NCBI RefSeq assembly: GCF_021869535.1
Contig: NW_026262593.1
Coordinates: 14,508,001-14,572,000, forward strand
Direction of reading: 5' to 3'
Length of the DNA: 64,000 nt
DNA from: Mytilus californianus
Lineage: Eukaryota
Positions 1 through 11,600 of the stretch are shown here, piece by piece; the stretch's first letter is position 1, and the number at the start of each line of letters is the position of its first letter. Position numbers and translations under genes: made by a program. The notes beneath the pieces are model-generated. The model was not told where the DNA came from, did not search any database, and was given only the letters and a program-made list of their open reading frames with translations.

Positions 1-1732
1 GGTATGCTGAGCGCGACTACGCGCTCATTGATGTTGTCTATGTAGAGCAGTGGTTTGAATTAATTTTACAGTAGGTATTATACCTAGTCATAAAAGCTGA
101 TTGGTATAAAAGAAGACTGCAATTTATGTGCGTATAGTGTCAGGATAACAAATTTTAAATATTTATTTTTTCATATTTTCTGATTGCCTTGATATCTGCA
201 AAAGGAACTATTTCAGAATGTCAATGAAAACTCTAACGAAAAATGATAGCTTCATTATAATTCTATGCAACATTTTTTCTACAAACTAAGTTCAATTGGC
301 GTACATGAAATGCATGTCTATGCTGTTACCGCTACTAGATCAACCGTTAAATTGTTTCTCCCTATGAATATGAACTATTCTGTGATGATTTCAAAAGCAC
401 AAAAGCATCCTAAAACATTGCCACAGCACGTTTGTTGCATAATTACATATTATTTTACACATAACTAAACGTTTGGTTGTTTGGACTCATTAAAAGGTGA
501 CAACGTCTTAATCTTTGCAATTAAGCATATACAAAATGCAATACTGCTATCGGTAAGAGGATAGCCAAAAAGGGTAACAAGTTAGAACTTAGTATGCTGA
601 TATATCTTTAACGTACGTCCCTGTAACCAAAAACAAAACGACAAAAGTAATTTTAAACTTGCTTGTGGTAATTTTTATAACCTTTGAAAACCAATTTTTA
701 GAGTATATTTTTCAGTACAGCATGGAAAATTGACAAATAATCCTATCATTACACAGAATGAAAATATATGGACGTTTTTACTCTTGAAAACCATTTTATT
801 GGCAATGAAAAACAAGCTTAAAATTTTATTGAAATCTTTCCTAAATAACCCAAAATGTCTTTTGAACATGGTAACAGGAGAGAAACAATATTGCACCACC
901 TATCAAAAAATGTTTCAATATATTTTTGTATGACATTATCAAGATTGCATCTTTTAATATGTTACTCCATAAGTATTGTGTGTTTTGATTTGGTTATGAA
1001 GAGGATGCATGGTTTAAATTAGTAACTTTTTTTCAATTTTGTAATTTCAAGATTCGACATTTTTTTTAAATGACCCACGTCATAATGAAATAAATGCATT
1101 GTGTAAGTCTTGCATGTCAACGTACGGCCTTCACCGAGCAAAACACATACTGTATACGAATAGTAAGTAATAACAGGCCCCCATGTGACAAAATGTGAGA
1201 TAATTCAAAAGAGAAAACCAACCGCATGATTTATAACAACAATGCAAATGACACACAACAACCAACGCTAACCAATATAATGCATTTCCCTGGGGAGAGG
1301 GGACCAACACATATCTTATATTTCATTTTTTAAATGTGCTTCAAAGTTTAAGTTATTTCCGAAGGTGTTTTAATTTGCAAATGTGCGTTAACTTTATGTT
1401 TTTAATTTATTTGTTCCATTCAAAGATTACCAGACCTAAGTTACTTAATATCCTATTATTTATAAAATCTGAAATTTATAAATAATGCATGCAATTCATT
1501 TTAATTTCCAGTTCTTCCAATCTGTAATTCGTGAAGTTTCTTCCCATGAAACTAATAACGACCAAAACGAACATATCAGTTTTCAGATAATTTTGTCATT
1601 TAATCAAAAACACGTTAAAAAACATCAACGAAATCAAAGAAAGATAAAATATTTGATTGATTAATGTTTCAATTCTACAATGTATTACCCATTACAGATA
1701 GTTCAGGCAAATTAGAGAATTTCATTATCTCC

Positions 1733-1749
1733 CACGTGTAATGCACGTG
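1733..1749. promoter_or_regulatory. Tandem E-box pair CACGTG-N5-CACGTG (ChoRE geometry) about 230 bp upstream of the WFDC1-like ATG
   Basis: Sequence CACGTG TAATG CACGTG at 1733-1749. Two E-boxes with a 5-nt spacer is the established ChREBP/MondoA-Mlx element layout. Function here is untested. Confidence 0.4.
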
Positions 1750-1979
1750 TAGAGAATATCAAAAGATTTGTTAACAGGTAGTTGTATATTGACATTAATA
1801 AATCGAATGTATACCAATAGTTTAAGCTGATTAACTGTATGCTTCGCCCCCTTTACGAATTGACCCATCAATTAAACATTTATGCGATGAAAGATGTATC
1901 TTGTGAAGAAAGAGTTATTTTCAGTTAACTACTGTCTGGAGCATACTGACATATAGATCATTGTAACAGTTGAAGGAGA

Positions 1980-2658
1980 ATGGCTCCTATTTTCAAAATG
2001 TTGACATTCAATGTAGTCACTGTATTCTTATTCCGAATGTCTGTTGGAAAAGTAATCTATGATGTTGATTTTGACGATGATGATGGAAAGTGGCTCTCCG
2101 ACGATGAGGTAAGAATGAATTTTGTAAAAAAAAAATGTATCATTTAATTTTAAATGGTGTATAGTTCTTCTAAATAGATACACCACCAGAAGTAAATATG
2201 AAGTGAATGCAGTTTAGACAACACTTGAAATACAAGAAGGTAGTCAACACTTGAGAGGAACTACATTTCTGTTGTTGTTCTTCATCATTGCAATTTCCGG
2301 TACAGATATTAAACAATGAACTGAAATTCGCAATATACAGCAAAATCAAAACTCACCATTATAAATAGACAGTACAAGGCAATGTACGTGACATATTTGT
2401 GAGAAATCAGGACAACGGAACCTGAAATAAAATAAGAGATAAATATTGAAACAAACTGACTGCATAAAAGTTCTTAGAACCACAACTACATGTTCAAAAA
2501 TATCTGCTATTGATATCGTTTAATGCCTTGTAGTTCCAAATTTGTGACAGTCATGTAAATCACCCCAATGGGGACGTTCAATCCGTAAAGAACGCTCTCT
2601 ACACCCAAAGAACTATTGCAATAACTATTTGAAGGATCTGTTGCATAGGCGGATCCAG

Positions 2659-2691
<33 letters not shown>

Positions 2692-5600
2692 TGGTAGATT
2701 ATATAGGAAATCACTGAAGCCTGACTGGAGCCCCCCCTTTTAGGTCAGTCAGCCCCCCCCCCCCCTCCCCCTTTATGAAAAGTTCTGGATCCGCCACTGT
2801 GTTGATTGCCTGTTGCAGAGCAAATCCTTTGTCGCTATCCACAATACACTTTTTTCATTGACAGTCTAAATTAAGCGCTCTTTATTCCAGTCGACCCAAT
2901 TGCTGTTTAAGGCAACAGCCTTGTACAAGCCTACCTACGGAATCCTCAAAGAGTTGTATCAAGGGCTCTTCAATTAACACACAAAGAGTCTGGCACTTTC
3001 CCTACACGAGGCATCTGATTAAGCGTCTTCTTTGCGTCTACATGTGGCTTCGTATATATTATACACCCTACAGCCAAACGGAAGCTCTTTGTTAAGGGAT
3101 TTCGAGCTAGTCTTTCACATGGAGAAACTAGGATCAATTTCTATAAATCAGGTTCCTGACTAAAAAAGTTTTTTTTATTACAATTATAATTGAATGTAAA
3201 TTACTGTAGTTATGATATGAATGTTTATTTTAGAAAAAGGATTTTACCATCGAACAAATTGTTGCAAATAAAACGACCAGCACTAATGTCACTAACTTTG
3301 AAAATATGATAAGCTATTTAAACAATAATTAAATATATATGTTCTGAATGTCATACAACAAGAAGGTTGTTAAGTTCTTATGCATTCATAAATAAATAAG
3401 ACTCCGAATTTTGAAAAATACAATCATGAAAAAGTTACATTAAATTAAGACATTTTCTTACGATTGTGCTTTCGTCTATTTTTGTTGGTAATTACCAATG
3501 AATAATTGAAAGTCTGCAATAACATTTTATAATTCCATCTTTTGCATTTCGACATCCGTTTGGCACAGATACAATAGACATAATATATTAAAAGACTACT
3601 TTAAACACGGCGTAGACTATACAAATAACTCGTAGTTAAAAGGTTAAATGCACAAAACATAATTGGTTTTAATGGTAATTAGATTTAGATAATCATCTTC
3701 ATAACTTCTCAGTTATGTAATCGTGCTTGTTGAAGTATGTAAAATATTAAAGAAAATAAGGCTATAACAAATGTATAATATTTTCTTGACTTATCAATCT
3801 TACGAGCAAGATATTCATGATTCAAATTTAAAAAGATATCTGTTCAATTTATCAAATTTTAGAATTCAAAATAAATATGTACTCGATAAATACAAATGAA
3901 GAAACTATTTGAAGAACACGACGGGTTTCACTTGTAGAGCAGGGCCTGCTTAACCGTTCTATCACCTGGGATCACCCTATTTTTTGGTGGGGACGTGTTA
4001 CCCAGTCTTTAGCTGTCTGTGTAGTGTAAACTGTAACAGCTGTTTGTCTTTTCGTCTTAATCCCATTATAAACATAGTGATAACTTATTATTTCTTAGTG
4101 TCCCATCTTTTGAAGGTATAATTGTTTTCACAGTATATGTTAAGACTTTAAAAAAAAAAAATAACTGTTTGTGAATTCAGTAGAGGGATAACATTGTAAT
4201 AACGTTAGATTATCAATATGGTTAACATACAAAATCAGAAGAACAATACATCATTTTGATTTGGGCTAAACTTTCTTCTATTCTTGCAATTTGAAAATAT
4301 TTAATTTAGTTTACAAATTGTTTTGCAAAACCACCAGAACATCCTTAAAAAAAACCAACAACTGTTACAACATGTAACTCGAACAGATGACCCAAAGAAT
4401 ATTTGAGTTGAATTACAAAACTTAACTTATACATTTATTTCATTTAATTCGACGCCCCAAGAGTTGACTGAGGTACAAAAATATGGTCTTCTGGACTTGA
4501 TTTTGTAGTAAATCAATTCTAAAGAGAGGCCTACGTTTAAAAGTGCAGGATGCATAAATACCCAACCACGTCCTATCGGAATGGGACATTAAATTCGATG
4601 CTTCGTGTATAGAATGTGCTTCGCTAAAAACCCCTCTCAAAAAATGTTGAGGGATCCGTAGGTGGTGTGTTGCAAGGACATATTCCCTACTCCTATCTAA
4701 CAATTAACTCTGTTTTATCATTTCCAATTCTTCATCCCGGTCGACCTACTTTGTAGAATCTAATAGAGGAATGGTCGATTTATTGTTTGCTTCTATTCGA
4801 AAAAACCTGTTTTGTTCCGATCCTCTTAAACCACAAAAATTCTTGTTTCTCGGTAAATTTTTCGTATCTTTTCAACTATGACATAACGCATTAACTTCAA
4901 AGAAATCCGTTTCTCGTGTCAGCACTTTTTATGCAGTCGTTGCATCATTCTTTTTATAATATCACAGCGCGAGCAGATCATTATTTTACAATGAGTGCTA
5001 CAAAAATAAATCAAAACACATTTTTCCTGATTAATTTCAACATTTCATTTCATTTGTAGATAACATCAAAGATACTAAATTCACTTCTTTTCTAATGATC
5101 TGCCTCCTACTAATATCGTTCAACCTTTAAAGCATCATCACGGAGATATAAACATAAGTTTCTGTTAAATTGTAGATAGAGTATCTAACATTCTGTGCGA
5201 TCTACATTCTAATTTTGAGAGCAGTTGCATTTTACTCTCATTAAATAGTAAAGGGAAGAACCCTTTTAAAAATGTGTCTACCTACATGTAATCATCACAA
5301 GTACGCGACTTATATATAAAAATATTAGTGAAATCGTAAAGCTCCTATATCATTTTAAAATCTGAAATTCTTAACGACTTTATCATAGCGTGCAGATAAG
5401 AGAGCAGATGAACGATAACGGGATGTTCACTTTTGAAAGAATTTGGCATTGAATTTGATCTTAATCATAAAATATAAAAAAAGGCAAAAATTTCGGACCC
5501 ATAAGCTGAAGGGAAACATTGGTCGTAACGTACGATCTAAAACATTCTGTAACCAAAAGGTGCCAGGGTGCATATTAAATTCCTTGATACAAACAAAATC

Positions 5601-8600
5601 TGGATCAGGGGTTGCGGCCAAAGAAAATTATGCCAAAAACTGTTTAAATTAAGGAAAATTTAACAAAAAATTACTTTACATCCCCTCGCCGAGATATAGC
5701 CTTTTCGTGATGATGCGTCGTAAAGCAATCGCCAATCAAAACTTTACATCCCATATAATGCATAATTAAGGGGTCATTATCATAACTTAGGTATTTATAA
5801 TGTTATATGCAAAAAAGGATGTTATTTTGTATTCTAATATGACGCTCTTCTTTCGCTTTGCAATCAAATAAATGATACAATTCCAATAGAACATGGGGTG
5901 CACGTGTGTGACGACACAATTGAAATTACAACGGGTAACCGTCAATTATATTTTGACTACCGTCGGAGATCAAAATAGCTGCCTTTCGAATGTGTTTTTT
6001 CTAGGTCCACTTCGACATACAAAAGTTCTGAATTTTATTCATTCTATCATGTCATGCTCTATGCTCATTGTAAGGGAGCTACCATTTGATTTGTATGGGG
6101 GGGGGCTAGGATGAAAAATTTTGTCCTGCCTTTTTATTTTTCCCTCTATTCGGTCCTGCCTTTTTATTTTTCACTCTATTCGGTCCTGCCTTTTTTTTTT
6201 AGTTTATCCTGACTTTTTTTTTACATAAATTGTCATCCTGCCTTTTTTTTTGCAAATAATCTCATACTGCTTTTTTTTACTCAAAACTCCTGTCCTGCCT
6301 ATTTTTTTCAAATTTCATCCTAGCCCCCCATAAAAATCATATGGTAGCTCCCTAACATGGGTAAGCATTATATTTGTCAACATTTTTCACCTCGTTTACG
6401 CTTAGTATGAAGGTACTGACAAAAAATTGCTTAATCATATTAAAATAAGCAAAGAGCATACTATATTAGTATGACAGAGCTGTTTCTTAAATTAATAGTA
6501 ATACAACAACTATATATGTAATATTTATTTTATTTTCCCGTATTCAATATTAAGATTTTGGGGCCAATTCTAACCCTTCGTGAACCTAAACTCCTTTTGC
6601 ATCGAAAACACTAAATATTTGGATAACAAGAAGATAGTCCTGATCATATAAGTAGATATAAGAAGATGTGGTATGAGTGCCAATGATACAACTCTCCATC
6701 CAAGTAAAAATTTATAAAAGTAAACCATTATAGGTCAAAGTACGGTCTTCAACACGGAGCCTTGGCTCACACCGAACAGCAAGCAATAAAGGACCCCAAA
6801 AATTACTAGTGTTTGAAAGTGTGATTTCAATATCATTACACAGTTAAAGAAATTTTAAACTCAATCTGGCTTTATATCAAGGAGATAATTATAAAAATGT
6901 ATATATTTATCAATCTCACATTATCTTTTTTAATTGTTTTCTCGATCTATGATATCTAGCCAGCTAGCGTTATCAGCATGTTAATTCATAAAGTAAACCA
7001 AAACTTACTCTTTTTGTTATTTTTATCGAGCGGATGCGTTAAACCTTTAGTTTGTTCTTATGTTGTACTGCTGTAACACCACTGTCCCAGGATAGGGGAA
7101 GGGTTGGGCGTAAACATTCTGTATGTGTCTGTTCCAAGTCAGTTATCCCAGGATAGGGGAAAGGTTGGGCGTAAACATTTTGTATGTGTCTGTTCCAAGT
7201 CAGTTATCCCAGGATAGGGGAAGGGTTGGGCGTAAACATTCTGTATGTGTCTGTTTCAAGTCAGTTATCCCAGGATAGGGGAAGGGTTGGGCGTAAACAT
7301 TCTGTATGTGTCTGTTCCAAGTCAGTTATCCCAGGATAGGGGAAGGGTTGGGCGTAAACATTCTGTATGTGCCTGTTCCAAGTCAGTTATCCCAGGATAG
7401 GGGAAGGGTTGGGCGTAAACATTCTGTAAGTGTCTGTTCCAAGTCAGTTATCCCAGGATAGGGGAAGGGTTGGGCGTAAACATTCTGTATGTGCCTGTTC
7501 TAAGTCAGTTATCCCAGGATAGGGGAAGGGTTGGGCGTAAACATTCTGTATGTGTCTGTTCCAAGTCAGTTACCCCAGGATAGGGGAAGGAATGGGCGTA
7601 CACATTCTGTATGTGCCTGTTCCAAGTCAGTTATCCCAGGATAGGGGAAGGGTTGGGCGTAAACATTCTGTATGTGTCTGTTCCAAGTCAGTTACCCCAG
7701 GATAGGGGAAGGGTTGGGCGTAAACATTCTGTATGTGTCTGTTCCATGTCAGTTATCCCAGGATAGGGGAAGGGTTGGGCGTAAACATTCTGTATGTGCC
7801 TGTTCCAAGTCAGTTATCCCAGGATAAGGGAAGGGTTGGGCGTAAACATTCTGTATGTGCCTGTCCCAAGTCAGTTATCCCAGGATAGGGGAAGGGTTGG
7901 GCGTAAACATTCTGTATGTGCCTGTTCCAAGTCAGTTATCCCAGGATAGGGGAAGGGTTGGGCGTAAACATTCTGTATGTGTCTGTTCCAAGTCAGTTAT
8001 CCCAGGATAGGGGAAGGGTTGGGCGTAAACATTCTGTATGTGCCTGTTCCAAGTCAGTTATCCCAGGATAGGGGAAGGGTTGGGCGTAAATGTGTCTGTT
8101 CCAAGTCAGTTATCCCAGGATAGGGGAAGGGTTGGGCGTAAACATTCTGTATGTGTCTGTTCCAAGTCAGTTATCCCAGGATAGGGGAAGGGTTGGGCGT
8201 AAACATTCTGTATGTGCCTGTTCCAAGTCAGTTATCCCAGGATAAGGGAAGGGTTGGGCGTAAACATTCTGTATGTGCCTGTCCCAAGTCAGTTATCCCA
8301 GGATAGGGGAAGGGTTGGGCGTAAACATTCTGTATGTGCCTGTTCCAAGTCAGTTATCCCAGGATAGGGGAAGGGTTGGGCGTAAACATTCTGTATGTGT
8401 CTGTTCCAAGTCAGTTATCCCAGGATAGGGGAAGGGTTGGGCGTAAACATTCTGTATGTGCCTGTTCCAAGTCAGTTATCCCAGGATAGGGGAAGGGTTG
8501 GGCGTAAATGTGTCTGTTCCAAGTCAGTTATCCCAGGATAGGGGAAGGGTTGGGCGTAAACATTCTGTATGTGTCTGTTCCAAGTCAGTTATCCCAGGAT

Positions 8601-11600
8601 AGGGGAAGGGTTGGGCGTAAACATTCTGTATGTGTCTGTTCCAAGTCAGTTATCCCAGGATAGGGGAAGGGTTGGGCGTAAACATTCTGTAGGTGTCTGT
8701 TCCAAGTCAGTTATCCCAGGATAGGGGAAGGGTTGGGCGTAAACACTCTGTATGTGCCTGTTTCAAGTCAGTTATAACGATCTAAAGCTATTAATACTAT
8801 CTCATAAAATCTTTTACATTTCGTCATTGAACGGTATGAAGAATATATAAAACCAGACGTCAGGAAACCGTTTCAATTCATAAAGACATAAAAATATTAT
8901 TGTTGGAAAGATTCTCTATTGATATTCACAAAAAAGTTTGGTTGATCCTAATAAAAACACGTACTATCTGAATGAATTGTTTATACTAGAAGGTCAGACT
9001 GTCTGTATTTTCTTTTATTGATATAAACTTGATTTGTACAGCAAAACCCTCATGTCTCCTCGCGGTCAGAATCCTCTCATGATACCACCTGTAATTATGA
9101 GATTTTGAGTCATGTAGTATTACTCTTTCGAATAGATTGTTACAGACTTGGGGAATAGCTCTGGTAGCAAGGATGGAGGCGATTATTTATACGGACAGAT
9201 AAAAACACATCTGCTTCCATTTCTACATTTTAATCAGACAAAGATGACGTCACAAACAAGAATACAAAATACTGGCAAAAGGAGAACAACTCTCTCTTAC
9301 ACACAGAAACATAATCTGACCATACATACTTATATATAACATCCCGCCCACAAAACAAAAAAAATACTAATTTTTTACAATGGTCAATATGTTTAAGTGT
9401 TTAAAAAAAAATACAATTTATAATTATTTCCAAAATTGAGAGTTTACATGAATAAAGTTAATCTCTCGACACTCTAGTAACCATTTCAGAACAAACGTAT
9501 CAACGCTGCAAAACCGAAAGTCTGGCATCCCGGACTCCTCCCTCGGATGACCTTATGCACGCATTACTTTCACACAACACTTACAGTGATACACACATGT
9601 TAATGGCATTTCCTACTAGACAAACCGATATATCATTATAAATAGCTGAATACAAATTTGATAGTATCATCAGAGACCTTATATACTCTTAAATTAAAGG
9701 TTTTATTTATGATAAATATCACACCGCTAAATGATAAACACATTCACATCAGCTTAATTTCATAATAAACAAATAACGTAGATCAAAATTAACATGAAAA
9801 TTATCTGGATTCATAAAATCAACATAGTTAGAAATAAAATGTTCTCGTACAGAATAAATTTATCATCTTTTCTTTAAAATGAATAGGTCTTCTTGGAAAT
9901 CTTCAAAACCATGGCGATATTCTTCAATCTCATAATATTCCATAACGTTTAATAAGAGTCAAAATATTACGGCGGAATGAAACACAACAGCAATACAGTC
10001 AACATAACGCAATTATTAGATACATCTGATCACACGTGTAGTTCAGCGGATAAATCTGGGTCATCATCGATAAACAAAGATTGTTATACAGTAAAAAAAA
10101 AGGCCCTTCTGATGAAATCGGAACTTTAGAATGCATGGCGATACAGTTATCACCGATGCAAATTGACTAATGTCAAATCAAAATAGCATATATGTAAACA
10201 GGATCCAAATGTTACGGACATTAAATAATGTATGATACAATGAGATAAATCTCACGTGCTTTCTGGTTGAAAACGGTATACATGTAGACATTCATTATAA
10301 TAAATCACAAAGACAGTACACGAGACGAGACATGGTCTGTTCTTCATTCCAAAAATCCATTTAAATTTTGGTATTATAATAAACGTTCAGCTATAAATTT
10401 TCAAAAACAATTAAAAGTGTTCAGCATCATGGCGGCATATCAGGATCCATCAGGAACGGTCGGTCAACTTCATAGGTAAAAATGTCCAAAATCCATAAAA
10501 ATTAAAACTCCAAAAAAAATGTATACGTCGTTATCCATCGATCGTTTAGGGTCTCCACCATGTTACAGACTTGGGGAATAGCTCTGGTAGCAAGGATGGA
10601 GGCGATTATTTATACGGACAGATAAAAACACATCTGCTTCCATTTCTACATTTTAATCAGACAAAGATGACGTCACAAACAAGAATACAAAATACTGGCA
10701 AAAGGGGAACAACTCTCTCTTACACACAGAAACATAATCCGACCATACATACTGATATATAACAAGATAGATACGAAATAATCCGGCTTTTTATCGGGAC
10801 AATAAAACATATTTGTGTGAGGATCAAGAAAAAGTTAAACTATGAACTATAACTATATTATTAAGTATTTAGCATTGTTTTTGTTTTAATTATGTCTGAA
10901 ACAAATCATCATTTTATTTATTTTTTTGCTATATCAGTTTAAACGTATCAAATATCAAAAACAGGAAAACAATAAAATTAGATAAAGGTCAAACAATTCA
11001 ACGGTCTTGTAAAATGATTAAAACCTTCATCTTGGAAACATCTGGAAAGAACATTCCAAAGAAAACATCAAAAAGGTAAACAGTCACCACCAAAGGAATA
11101 GAACAGTCATTCTTTTTGACACAAATTCCGTTGATAAAAATCTGTATCATTTAGCATCAGGTAAACAAGTTTACCTACAGCAACCGAAAATAACCAATGG
11201 CTTAGATTTAACTGTTTGGTGGCTTCGATATTTAACTATATATCAAAATGTAAATCAAAGATGAGTATCCGTGCTATAAACTTTGAAGAACCCATTAGGG
11301 TGATTTATGATAGGTGGATTTTTGCATAGCAAATTTCTTCTTTTCTACATATATTCTTTTCTCAGTCGTGGTCTGATCCCCGGCGACCAACTTCGCATAA
11401 CATAACTGGTTCTAGTCCAGAATATACATGGATTATTTGCCACTGAACTTAATTTATCGAACGGACAGACGCTCATTGCAAGTAACCGTAAAAGTCCCAC
11501 TTACATTCGTAGCTGGTTGTCATATTGAAAGTTGCACGCAAGATTTGTTATTAAACCGACTGAACTATAAAATTATTGCTATTTAAGCCTTAACGGAATT

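Noticed and set aside
2662-2690. G29 run as a functional G-quadruplex
   Set aside because: It is an internal homopolymer of a MITE and its length is sequencing-error-prone.
4440-4760. 87-aa ORF and a GGVLQG string resembling an RT motif
   Set aside because: No further recognisable motifs and no convincing splice sites; possibly a very old TE remnant.
7086-8775. CRISPR-like array
   Set aside because: The units are contiguous with no unique spacers, the context is eukaryotic, and there are no cas genes.
9148-10762. Twin 63-aa ORFs as duplicated small genes
   Set aside because: They start at TTG and lie wholly within the two LTRs.
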